From IMG/VR virus record IMGVR_UViG_3300010944_000263, positions 1 to 64,000 of that record: DNA of 64,000 nucleotides; one strand, 5' to 3'. The translations under genes were made by a program, and so were the position numbers. Below are positions 34,038 to 43,489 of the stretch, in pieces; positions within the stretch are counted from its first letter, which is position 1, and every line of letters begins with the position of its first letter. This stretch comes from a virus. Taxonomy: Duplodnaviria; Caudoviricetes. A model generated the notes under the pieces. That model ran no database searches. It was not told the DNA's origin and saw only the letters and a program-made list of their open reading frames with translations.

Positions 34038-35996
34038 TTATTGTTTAACAGGCTTCCAAGCGTCTCTTTTTTCGTCAGCCATTCTGTCCTGGAATCCGCC
34101 AGTAATGCTACTTTCGAAATTCTTCTGCAGCTTGTCAGTGTACTTCCTGGCTAAGATTTGATTATAGACATATTCCTCGGCATCGCTGCGGGACATTTTC
34201 CCTTTCATCGCAACGTGCGAAATCACCTCATCCATGGTCGGCATTTTCTGGAAGGCTCGAACGCTCGCTCTGGAGTCAAACATACCCATTTCGTCCCAGA
34301 GAGTATTCAGCACGCCTTGCTCTATTTGTGGACCACCAGTTGATTTCCTAGAAGGCTTCTTACCTACAGCCGCCTCTCGAATTTCTTCGTACATTTTCTT
34401 GGAGGTCTTTCCACTGCCAGAGACTATCGCCGAAACGTAATCTTGGTCGTCAATTTCTCCGAGCTCTCGCTTGACTCGAAGCTCAGCCAATATATCGGCA
34501 GCTTCAGTAACCATTCCCGACTTGGCTTTCTTTCTGGCAACGCCTACAAGCTCTGTAGGCGGTATAGACATTTCTAATAAATCAAGAACTTTGATGGCAT
34601 CAGGATTGTTCGCAGAAGCCTCTGCCAGTAAAGCAGAAACATTCTCTCTTGCCCCCATCTTCTTTCTTATTTCGGTCTTCTGCTCTTGAGTGCCTGATTC
34701 GAACGTTTTCAACGCTTCTCCAATAATTCCAGCAATTAGAGGCCGCGTCTGCTGTGGCTGAGCCACAACTGCTGACGAATTGCCAGCAGCAAGCGGCTGC
34801 GCAGCTGGCACCGCAGAAGCGGCGACGCCCTGAGGAACTCCGGCCGAAACCATGCCAGCTCTGTCTGTCGGCATCGTCGCAGGAGGAGTCACCGGAGCCT
34901 GAGCCTGACCTTGCGGGAAGCCGTTTTCTACCAATGCTTCGCGTCCAAGCTGCGACATCGCCATCATCTCGGTATCTGGGAACGTATCCAAGACATTGCC
35001 AACGGTCTGCATAACCGCTGGAGATACTGTTCTTGCAGGAGGAGCCACCGGAGCCCCCTGAGGCGCCCCAGGAGCGGCAAGCTGAGCTCCTTGAGCCATA
35101 GGCGAACCAGCCTTAGGAAACATGCTATCTTGGAGATTATAGTCTTGCATAACCATCTCCATAGCAGCTTTCTTCATAGCCTCCCTGGATTCAAAAAACG
35201 GCATCTCACCAGAATCTACAAGATCTTGCAGTTCTGATTCTTTTGCCGCGACAGCGCTCGCAAACTCCTTTCGGTTAGCATCGTAATACGCCTGCGCTGG
35301 TGTCAACTGAGGCTGGTTAGCGGCTTCTGTCATCCACTCCTTTCCAGTCCTGACGTCCTTAACAACGAACTGAGTGCCATCAGGGTACTTCGATGGATCT
35401 ACATACCCTCCGCCACTTGGAAGACGATGCACCAAGTTTTCGTTTTCACGCTCGTACAAAGGCTTCACAGGAGGTATTTGCTCAAGAGCACTGGACACTC
35501 TTTCGTAGTACGGATTCGCAAATTCCACAGCCTGCGGTTCATCAAAAGCTTTTCCCCGAATTGCAGCAGCTCCTCCAACCAACCGAAGCAACTCCTGCCT
35601 TACGGGAGCAGGAAGATCTTCACGTGACAATGCGTTTTGCGCCATCTTGGTCGTCATGTCGATCCGAGAATCAAAACCAGCCTGCTGCCTCTCTCGCTCC
35701 ATATTCTGGAGACCAAACTCGCGAGCCTCTTTAGCTTGCTTTGCTCGAAAGTCTTGGTCTTGCTCTTGCCTCATCCTTGACAAAAGATCGTTCTTGAAGT
35801 CTCGATCTTCTTGCCAAGCATTTTGCATCTGCTGCTTTTGCATGTCGAACGCGCGGTCCTGCATGGCATTCATCTGATCCATGTCGTACTTGCGCTGCTG
35901 CTGGACGAGCTGTTGCCCATACTTTCGCCGCTCAGAGCCGCCCGAAGCCAAATTAGCGCCGAGTGCGGCAACGTCGTGTCTTAGTCGTATTGCCAT
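34038..35996 (-). CDS. Putative internal virion/ejection protein
   Basis: 652 aa, Q/A/P-rich with coiled-coils; directly upstream of the giant gene. Confidence 0.65.
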   Translation of the reverse strand: MAIRLRHDVAALGANLASGGSERRKYGQQLVQQQRKYDMDQMNAMQDRAFDMQKQQMQNAWQEDRDFKNDLLSRMRQEQDQDFRAKQAKEAREFGLQNMERERQQAGFDSRIDMTTKMAQNALSREDLPAPVRQELLRLVGGAAAIRGKAFDEPQAVEFANPYYERVSSALEQIPPVKPLYERENENLVHRLPSGGGYVDPSKYPDGTQFVVKDVRTGKEWMTEAANQPQLTPAQAYYDANRKEFASAVAAKESELQDLVDSGEMPFFESREAMKKAAMEMVMQDYNLQDSMFPKAGSPMAQGAQLAAPGAPQGAPVAPPARTVSPAVMQTVGNVLDTFPDTEMMAMSQLGREALVENGFPQGQAQAPVTPPATMPTDRAGMVSAGVPQGVAASAVPAAQPLAAGNSSAVVAQPQQTRPLIAGIIGEALKTFESGTQEQKTEIRKKMGARENVSALLAEASANNPDAIKVLDLLEMSIPPTELVGVARKKAKSGMVTEAADILAELRVKRELGEIDDQDYVSAIVSGSGKTSKKMYEEIREAAVGKKPSRKSTGGPQIEQGVLNTLWDEMGMFDSRASVRAFQKMPTMDEVISHVAMKGKMSRSDAEEYVYNQILARKYTDKLQKNFESSITGGFQDRMADEKRDAWKPVKQ

Positions 35997-36064
35997 TGAT
36001 CTTTTCCTTGCTTTTCAAATTTCGCGAAAACAAACACGCAACGAGAATTGACACAGCAACGCAG

Positions 36065-36430
36065 CTACATCGCGTACTCAAAAACAAACCTTTCCGCTGA
36101 CCAAACTTCTTTTTCGAGCCTATGCGAAACTTCATTGTGCGCCTTAAACGTCCACCAAAAAAATTTCTCTCGGCTTGAAAAATCTGGAGGGTTGTCTCGC
36201 TTAAACCTAAGCCAATGATTCCAGCAGGCGCTACATGGAACACTAACAGACTCCCACTCAACAAACCACGATTCAATTCTACTCCAATCTTCGACAACCC
36301 AGGCAGAACGATGTAAAGTTTCCCACCCAGGAATCATGCCTCCAGGAGTGCGTATCAACCCACTGCCTCTCCACCCAGGAGGAGGAGGGTACTCTAAGAA
36401 AGGGTTATTGACCAATCTTCTGTCCACCAA
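36065..36430 (-). CDS. Erv1/Alr-family FAD-dependent sulfhydryl oxidase
   Basis: WETLH...PCSACWNHW...PPDFSSREKFFWWTFKAHNEVSHRLEK matches the Erv signature WxxxH / PCxxCxxH / HNxVNxRLxK; start uncertain. Confidence 0.8.
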   Translation of the reverse strand: MVDRRLVNNPFLEYPPPPGWRGSGLIRTPGGMIPGWETLHRSAWVVEDWSRIESWFVEWESVSVPCSACWNHWLRFKRDNPPDFSSREKFFWWTFKAHNEVSHRLEKEVWSAERFVFEYAM

Positions 36431-37635
36431 TTCATAACGACATTGCTGCCATACTCATAGCTAGTGGGAACATCCTGTGTTACTGTCGTGACCGTAGTGA
36501 TACTCTCAAAATCCGGATCAGACGGAGTAAGGACATTTACGGTTCCGCTTGTTGGAAATGCTGTTCCAGAAGGAACTCCATCTGGACACCGAGGGTAAGG
36601 GTAAGGCCAAAACCCACCGAGGATCGATCCCGTCAAGCATCCCGAAGGCGTCTGAAACTTGACGGCCGGAGAAAGGCCGGATGGGAAGACATGCGTCCCA
36701 ACCAAACTGCACTGATTACCGTCTAAATAAATAGTTCTTTCTGCAAACTCAATATTACAATTCGCCATCTGAAAAAGAGTTTGCCAAAAGTTGATCGTTG
36801 TGCCGGCGCTGCAGTCAAAGCAATTGTCCGCCCCGACTGCTGTCAAATAAGCTGGCTCCGCTGGAGGCGTAGCCGACCCGAATTGCCAAAAATCTATATC
36901 CGCCCCAGTTGATTTGAGTCCGCAAGTTCCAAGATCAGATCGAAATCCGGTGAACGTACTGTTGCCAACAATCGTATTTCTCCTGCGATAATACGGACGA
37001 TCTTGATCCCCAAGATCAAAGACATAAGAAGAAAACCTAGCAATGTCCTTGTACCAAACCTTTGCAGTCAAAGCAATTTTAGGCACGCCTTCAATTTCTA
37101 CCCAGCACGCTTTAAGGTAAACGCCAATCAAAAAACGCTGAGCTACATACGATCTTTTATCTACCATTCCCTCGTAAATAGTCGTAGTCGGCCCAACTAT
37201 GTCAGACTGAGAACCTTTGCAAAGAGCGCTTGCTCTCCAATGAAAAGTAGGCTGCGAAACTGTTGTCACTCCGTCAGTGTAACGATAGTGATAATAAACA
37301 GGCGTAGACGAAACCAAAGAAGGAGCCATGGCAGCAGCAGCCCAACAGCACGTAGGCTCATTGATCGTCGAAAGAATAGTTCGCGCCGCCGGAGACAAAT
37401 AGTCTGGGCTAGGTATTGGAGGCCAACGGCACGAAGCATTGTTTGAGTTTATAGGAGGCGTAATATCGTACCCAGCCGTAGTAAAGCCAGAAGTGACGTA
37501 ATTAACTACCGGACGAATCTGACCACCAATAAAAGACACAGGATGCAAACCGTCTGGTGAAGAAAAATCAAGAGTAGAGATTGCCGGATCAGGCAACCTG
37601 CAACAACCGCCGCAGCAACAATTCCACCATGTCAT
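36394..37635 (-). CDS. Cys-rich beta-structured tail/receptor-binding candidate
   Basis: 413 aa with 17 Cys, N-terminus MTWWNCCCGGCC; lies in the tail module. Confidence 0.6.
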   Translation of the reverse strand: MTWWNCCCGGCCRLPDPAISTLDFSSPDGLHPVSFIGGQIRPVVNYVTSGFTTAGYDITPPINSNNASCRWPPIPSPDYLSPAARTILSTINEPTCCWAAAAMAPSLVSSTPVYYHYRYTDGVTTVSQPTFHWRASALCKGSQSDIVGPTTTIYEGMVDKRSYVAQRFLIGVYLKACWVEIEGVPKIALTAKVWYKDIARFSSYVFDLGDQDRPYYRRRNTIVGNSTFTGFRSDLGTCGLKSTGADIDFWQFGSATPPAEPAYLTAVGADNCFDCSAGTTINFWQTLFQMANCNIEFAERTIYLDGNQCSLVGTHVFPSGLSPAVKFQTPSGCLTGSILGGFWPYPYPRCPDGVPSGTAFPTSGTVNVLTPSDPDFESITTVTTVTQDVPTSYEYGSNVVMNWWTEDWSITLS

Positions 37636-37643
37636 AACTGCCT

Positions 37644-38360
37644 CTACATTGCTGGTATTTCGTCAGGGTCGCATTTTGCTTGAATTATGTAGTACTTACC
37701 ACCTTGGTAATAAACCAAACCTTTTGTGCCAGCAAGCATACCTTCGAAAATCCGATCAGGATCGTATATGGTTTCATTCGCAACAAAACTTCCGTCCATT
37801 TCTTTGACGATAGCTTCCGCAGTGCCTTCATCCCAATCTTCGAACGAGTGAAAACGAAAAAGCCCTTCAGAACCAGCGTGAATGAATATCCAATTTACAG
37901 CCACGCCGTTATGGTCAAACAACAATTCAATAGAGGAAGAAAGGTCAATTGGATGACCAGCATTCGAGTCTCCATCCACAACGCCTGGGTTCTGACCAAC
38001 CCTCCAATTCACTGACGAAGGCGAAGGAGGAGTGTAAACAGCAGTGCCCTGGATTGGCAAGAAAGCAGGATACACCTCACCTATGCTATATTTGCCTGCA
38101 GTTCTGCACCCAAATGGCTTAGCAACCGATATTCCAGGTTTATTCCTGTCTCCAGATTCGTAATCGACAAAACGAAGAATCCTTGTGTCAAATCCCCTGC
38201 AAATAACATAGTCATCGTATTCGTCATCTGCCGCTATCTGCATCATCGCGCAGTACGGCAAGATACCTTCGATGCCAAGCGATGCAAACCCACCATCAAC
38301 CGGATTAAACGGAGGCGGAATCTTGAAATTTGGTGTTGGTCGCCGCCGCTTTCGGAACAT
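37644..38360 (-). CDS. Hypothetical tail-region protein
   Basis: 238-aa ORF in the structural operon. Confidence 0.6.
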   Translation of the reverse strand: MFRKRRRPTPNFKIPPPFNPVDGGFASLGIEGILPYCAMMQIAADDEYDDYVICRGFDTRILRFVDYESGDRNKPGISVAKPFGCRTAGKYSIGEVYPAFLPIQGTAVYTPPSPSSVNWRVGQNPGVVDGDSNAGHPIDLSSSIELLFDHNGVAVNWIFIHAGSEGLFRFHSFEDWDEGTAEAIVKEMDGSFVANETIYDPDRIFEGMLAGTKGLVYYQGGKYYIIQAKCDPDEIPAM

Positions 38361-38381
38361 TTAATCAAATCCTAAAAGTGC

Positions 38382-38397
38382 TGACAGGCTGTCACAA
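38382..38397. repeat. Palindrome copy TGACA-GGC-TGTCACAA
   Basis: Intergenic, at the edge of the antisense HNH insertion. Confidence 0.8.
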
Positions 38398-38434
38398 GTT
38401 GCACCCACCCTAACTACATGCTCAAATAAAGCGA

Positions 38435-38464
38435 GCCGTTTGGAACATGGTACTTCCAAACGGC
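38435..38464. promoter_or_regulatory. Perfect 11-bp hairpin upstream of the HNH gene
   Basis: GCCGTTTGGAA-CATGGTAC-TTCCAAACGGC. Confidence 0.6.
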
Positions 38465-38497
38465 CCTAACCACCATGGACCTAAGAAGGAGGCTCAA

Positions 38498-39343
38498 ATG
38501 GCTAAAAACGATTCTACAGCAGCTCGTCCCCGCGTCAAAGACATCTCTGGACAGCAATTTCACGACCTGACCGCAATTAGCTATGCCGGCACAAACCTCG
38601 GAAGCCAAGCAGGAGCATACTGGACATTTCGATGCGTATGCGGAACTGAAAAAATACTGAACGGTCGTGCTGTACGATCTGGGTCTACCAAATCGTGCGG
38701 CTGCAGCAAGCATCGCACAAATGAAGTCGGAAACACTTACTTCAAGCTGACGGTCATCGAGTTCGCTGGCAAATCTAAAGGCGGAGACTCTCGTTGGCTT
38801 TGCAGGTGCGAGTGCGGAAACACAACCGTCGTTGACAGGGCAGCATTTCGAAAAGGAAGCATAAAGTCTTGCGGATGCCACAGAGCCCGAGCAGGAGGTA
38901 GATGCGAAACTTCCGAGTACACTTCCTGGAAGGAAATGAAAAGACGATGCGACCCAGACTACAAAGACAAGCACCTGTACGCCGAAAGAGGAATCACGAT
39001 TTGCGAAAAATGGGCTAACAGCTTCAACGCTTTTTTTGAAGACATAGGACCAAAACCATTTCCAGAAGCCACAGTAGATCGAATCAATAACGACCTCGGA
39101 TACTTTCCCGAAAACTGCCGATGGGCGACAAAGCTCGAGCAAAGCCAAAACACTCGCAAAGCACGCATGTTGACGTTCAATGGCGAAACTCTTTGTTTGC
39201 GAGAATGGGCAAGACGACTTGGAATTACGCACGCAACTCTGGCAAGTCGCATCAATAAAGGATGGGAACCGGAGAAGATATTTTCTAGCGAACACTATTT
39301 CTCTCCTCCTCCTAGAAAAACCAAGAAGAATAAGCAGGACTAA
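38498..39343 (+). CDS. Free-standing HNH homing endonuclease with duplicated N-terminal domain, antisense to the late operon
   Basis: Two (F)xxLT...WxxRCxCG...KSCGC modules; TVDRINNDLGYFPENCRWAT; AAGGAGG SD. Confidence 0.88.
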   Translation: MAKNDSTAARPRVKDISGQQFHDLTAISYAGTNLGSQAGAYWTFRCVCGTEKILNGRAVRSGSTKSCGCSKHRTNEVGNTYFKLTVIEFAGKSKGGDSRWLCRCECGNTTVVDRAAFRKGSIKSCGCHRARAGGRCETSEYTSWKEMKRRCDPDYKDKHLYAERGITICEKWANSFNAFFEDIGPKPFPEATVDRINNDLGYFPENCRWATKLEQSQNTRKARMLTFNGETLCLREWARRLGITHATLASRINKGWEPEKIFSSEHYFSPPPRKTKKNKQD

Positions 39344-41334
39344 TTGGGGGCGAGCCATCCTCCAGAACTATCCCCAAGCGCGCTGACCATCTTCGACATC
39401 TCTGCCCACTCAGGTGAAATATCATCCCGTCTCTCAACGAACGAGTACAGCCCAACAAGCAGCTTGTTTCTCTCGTCCAACTGGTACGCCATCAACGCTC
39501 GGTTCTGATCGGCTACCGTCTTCCATCCATCGAGACGCTGAACAGCAACGTTCATCTTCTGAACAATCGCCTTCTGACGATGATCCGCAAGAATGTTCGC
39601 GTTTTGCATCAGCAAAGCTGCATACCGTTCCTTGCCACCGATCAAGCCATTCAACGCCGCCTGCAACTGCTGCAACAGAGTATCTCGCTGCGACATCTGC
39701 CCGCGAGTAATCTCTTGCTTGGATCCATGCTGCTGATTGATTGCGGCAATGTGCTGAGCCTCAATCTGCTGGAGTTGCTCGTAATACCTGTTCGTCTCAG
39801 TATTATCCCACTTCGCAAACAAGTCTCTCAATTGGTAGATTCGATCCAGCGAATCCGCGGTACGTTGCCGAACGTCCTGCAAGCGAGCGTACAACTGCGA
39901 TTCGACATCTAGCCCCAATCGAGCATTCGCATCTTTCGCAGCAAAGATAGCCTGCTTTCCAGCCAAGATCCTATTTCGAGCCTCTTGCAACAACGAGAAT
40001 GTGCCCGTCACCAACGAGGCTTGGTATCGCAACACTTCCTGCCGAACCGCGTGCAATTGGCTTGTGCCATCAAGCGTCCTAGCTCTCATTGCAGCACGCT
40101 GATCGTAAATCCTGTGCTCGTTATCCAACTTCTCTCGGTTCAAACGGTCATTGAGCAACTGAATCTGCTCATCTCGATCCCGATGATTCCTTGCCGTGAT
40201 ATCCAACGCAATCGCAGACGAATAAAGACCTCTGCTAGTCAACTGTTGCAACTGAGCCGACAGATTCGCAGCAAACTGCTCGTTAATTCGAGCCAGTTCT
40301 GTTGCACCGAGGCCATTTAGATACCCAAGCGTCGCGCTTGCGTGAATGTTGTAATCACTGACAAGCAAATCGAGGATGTCTTGATAATCAACCGCGAATT
40401 GACTGACCAGACTTCCTGCCTGCGTCCTGAACGCATCCATATCGTTCTCAATCGAGAAGTAATCTGCCTCCAGCGCAGACAGAATCGCATTCACGTCGGC
40501 AACGTACGCTGAAACGTTGTTCGATGCCGTATCCAGCAAGTTATCAATCGTCGCCGCATGTGCCGAGTAATTGTTCGCCAGGATCAAGAACTGCTGGTTA
40601 TAGTCCGCAACGTGACCGGAAAGGACACCTCCAAGAGACGAAATATCAGCCAAGACTCTCCCTAGATGAGCCGCGTAATTCGCATCCAATTCAGCTAGCT
40701 TGGCAGTGTAGTCGGTTATGAACGTCTGCAAGTCAGTGTCTTGCTGATCAAACATGCCAACAATCACGTTTGCACTGTTCTGAGCATTCGTCTCGAGATC
40801 GGACAATCGACTATCGAAATCGTCGATGGCTGCCTTGGCTTCTTCCGCATCAATGACGATCTGAGCCTGATTATCGCTAATCAAGTCGTCAATCTCGCTC
40901 ATGTACTCATCAAGATCCGCCAAGTACACGCCAGCCTGTGCGTTTTGCTGCGACGTTTGCGCATCAAACTGAACGTGCGAACTGTCGATCATCTGCGTCC
41001 AGTTGGCGAGAATCTGGTTGTATCGAACCTGATTCGCTGTTCTGGCTTCGTTCGCCGCGATCGTGTAGTTGTTGCAAAGACTCAGCAAAACCTGAACAGG
41101 CTGCATCCCGTTGCGACGAAGCGAGAAGTAGTTCGTCGGCGGCCTCGTCGTCGAGTCTTGCCGAATACCAGTAACTTCGTACCCCTGAGCAACCAGCCAC
41201 CCCATGATGCTCTCTGGAACATCCGTGACAGTCTGCGAGGTGAACCACAGATCCAAAAACGGATTCGTGACTCGCGGAAGCCACAATTCGCTCTGCGACG
41301 GGTTTTGCTCTGGTACTGATGGTATCGACGACAT
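39340..41334 (-). CDS. Coiled-coil internal virion/ejection protein candidate
   Basis: 664 aa, long Q/A/L helical sequence downstream of the tail genes. Confidence 0.65.
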   Translation of the reverse strand: MSSIPSVPEQNPSQSELWLPRVTNPFLDLWFTSQTVTDVPESIMGWLVAQGYEVTGIRQDSTTRPPTNYFSLRRNGMQPVQVLLSLCNNYTIAANEARTANQVRYNQILANWTQMIDSSHVQFDAQTSQQNAQAGVYLADLDEYMSEIDDLISDNQAQIVIDAEEAKAAIDDFDSRLSDLETNAQNSANVIVGMFDQQDTDLQTFITDYTAKLAELDANYAAHLGRVLADISSLGGVLSGHVADYNQQFLILANNYSAHAATIDNLLDTASNNVSAYVADVNAILSALEADYFSIENDMDAFRTQAGSLVSQFAVDYQDILDLLVSDYNIHASATLGYLNGLGATELARINEQFAANLSAQLQQLTSRGLYSSAIALDITARNHRDRDEQIQLLNDRLNREKLDNEHRIYDQRAAMRARTLDGTSQLHAVRQEVLRYQASLVTGTFSLLQEARNRILAGKQAIFAAKDANARLGLDVESQLYARLQDVRQRTADSLDRIYQLRDLFAKWDNTETNRYYEQLQQIEAQHIAAINQQHGSKQEITRGQMSQRDTLLQQLQAALNGLIGGKERYAALLMQNANILADHRQKAIVQKMNVAVQRLDGWKTVADQNRALMAYQLDERNKLLVGLYSFVERRDDISPEWAEMSKMVSALGDSSGGWLAPN

Positions 41335-41350
41335 GGCTTACCTACTTTCC

Positions 41351-43489
41351 TTACGCGGCCGCAGCTCTCGCATTCATATCAAACACCGTCAGAGTGTTTG
41401 CAGCCGAACAGAAACACCGGACACCCTTGCTAGCAGGAATCACAACAGCAGCGTTTACTCCAAGACCGTTCAGAGTACCACCTGTCGGCGGGTACAACTT
41501 CGCTGCAATCGCACTGTTGTTGATGATCTCGAAAATGTCTCCGGCTGCACACGTAGGCAACATGACACCCTTCGCCGCATTGTCCGAAGTGATGAACTGC
41601 GTATTCGATGCTCCAAGCAATGCGGCATCCGTGTACAACGATCCAGCAGCAGCAACAGCAGCAGACGTAAGGCTCGCATACGGAGCCCAAGCACCTACGC
41701 CATTGATAAACTGCCTTGCGTTGTTGCTCAGCTTTGGAAGCAATCCGTGCCGAGACGTGGTAGCGTCAAGGTCCGTGTTGTCATCTGGCGCCGTAAAGTC
41801 ATCCAGCTTGATCGCCTTAGCGTCAGCAAGGAACCTAGTGTCCCACAATTCTCCAATAGTCAGGCGAAGCGGAGAGCCAGAATTGAGAATGTAAATCGTG
41901 TCTGCATCCACTGCCGACGTTGCAGCAGTCAAAGCGGAAACGTAAGTCGCAAACGCCGACCAAAGATGCGTACGAAAATCCGAAAGAGTGACCTTTTTGT
42001 TAGTCCCTCCATCGTCAACCATAAGCAGGTCAGCATCGGAAAGCGTAGCGGTAGACAACGCACCAATGCTAATCGCTCCAGCAACAACCGTGCTAACGTA
42101 TGTCGCAAGAGCTCCCACATCCAGCTTGTAGCTAGTCGAACTTCGACGCATCCAAAGATCATCACCAGCCTGAACCGCGGGAGACGCATCCAGCTTGTCC
42201 CACATCTCTGTTTCGACATAGGACGCGATGTTCGCACCGGTGATTTTCTTCGGGGTACTTCCCTCAATCACGTAGAACACATCCGCGTCTTCAAGCGTCG
42301 TCAGTGCAGTCAATCCCGAGACGTACGTTTGGAAGTCTGCCCAAAGTTTCGTCTCGAGCTCGGTCAGCGTAGCCTTACGAGGAGTTGACCCATCGCCAAC
42401 AAGAAACAACGATCCAGACGCAAGAGTAGCCGAGCTTAGCCCCGTCAGATTCAAAACAGTGCTCTGAACTCCGTTCAAAACAAACGTCGAAAGCTGATCG
42501 ACCGTAACAGAATAGGTGGTCCCACCCCTTCCAATCAGAATCTTGTCGGCGGTAACAACTGGACTTCCGCTGCTCGCAGACCAACCAGACGCAAGCACAT
42601 GGGTAGACAACAATCCAACATCGAGCTTGTATTGAACGCCAGAACGAAAAATCAAGAAATCGTCACCAGCAGCAACAGCAACAGCATCGGAAGCACTGTC
42701 TTGCGTACCAATGATGTACGAAGCCAAATTCGCTCCGGTAGCCGTTCTTCCTGTTCCGCTTCTCTCCAGCAAGAACACGTCCGTCGCATTGGCTGCAGCT
42801 CCAAGAGCCGAGTATGTATCCCAAGCCGTTGAGACGATATCGACACCCACCTTGCCCTGAACATACGTGGCAATCGTCGATGCAGCGACCTTGCTAGCGA
42901 CTCCATTGTCACTCACATAGAACACGTCAGCATCAGCCAAAGTACCAACAGCAGGCAGAGCACTTGTGTACGCCAAGAACTGCGAATGAACCCTAGCAGC
43001 AATCGCCGCAAACGTCGTCTTGAGTGCTGTAGAGCCCTGCGCAACAACGTACGCATCGCTATCGGTCAGCGTTGCCACTGCAAGCGAAGAAATCTGAGAG
43101 CCAAGCGAAACAGCCGACGAATCAAGAAACGTTTTCACGTTGTCGATGTCGATTTGCTTGAGTGTTCCACTGTCGTTGAAAACCAGCTTGTCGCCGCTCG
43201 CAATCGAACTCGCCGTAGTGATCGCTTCCAGCTTATCAACGATCCAATTGAAAAAATTGTCCGCAGTAAGGATCTTCTCCACGTCAGACTGAAAGACGTT
43301 GATTTCATCGGAATCGCTAACCGTCGTGATGACAGACGCCTGATGCAACTGGTCCACCACAAACGCAGCAAGTGCCGTGGCAGTAATATGCTTCGAGTCA
43401 GAACCATCAACCAACGGGATCTTTTCCGGACCAGACAGGGTATCCAGCGAAAGACCTGAAACGAAATCGGAAAAACTCACGTCGCTCAT
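41351..43489 (-). CDS. Tail fibre-like protein with ~13 tandem ~44-aa repeats
   Basis: Repeat core like LxDxDxFxVxxSGxxKKxTxxxLxxYV; start ATG 43489 overlaps the upstream TAA. Confidence 0.7.
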   Translation of the reverse strand: MSDVSFSDFVSGLSLDTLSGPEKIPLVDGSDSKHITATALAAFVVDQLHQASVITTVSDSDEINVFQSDVEKILTADNFFNWIVDKLEAITTASSIASGDKLVFNDSGTLKQIDIDNVKTFLDSSAVSLGSQISSLAVATLTDSDAYVVAQGSTALKTTFAAIAARVHSQFLAYTSALPAVGTLADADVFYVSDNGVASKVAASTIATYVQGKVGVDIVSTAWDTYSALGAAANATDVFLLERSGTGRTATGANLASYIIGTQDSASDAVAVAAGDDFLIFRSGVQYKLDVGLLSTHVLASGWSASSGSPVVTADKILIGRGGTTYSVTVDQLSTFVLNGVQSTVLNLTGLSSATLASGSLFLVGDGSTPRKATLTELETKLWADFQTYVSGLTALTTLEDADVFYVIEGSTPKKITGANIASYVETEMWDKLDASPAVQAGDDLWMRRSSTSYKLDVGALATYVSTVVAGAISIGALSTATLSDADLLMVDDGGTNKKVTLSDFRTHLWSAFATYVSALTAATSAVDADTIYILNSGSPLRLTIGELWDTRFLADAKAIKLDDFTAPDDNTDLDATTSRHGLLPKLSNNARQFINGVGAWAPYASLTSAAVAAAGSLYTDAALLGASNTQFITSDNAAKGVMLPTCAAGDIFEIINNSAIAAKLYPPTGGTLNGLGVNAAVVIPASKGVRCFCSAANTLTVFDMNARAAAA

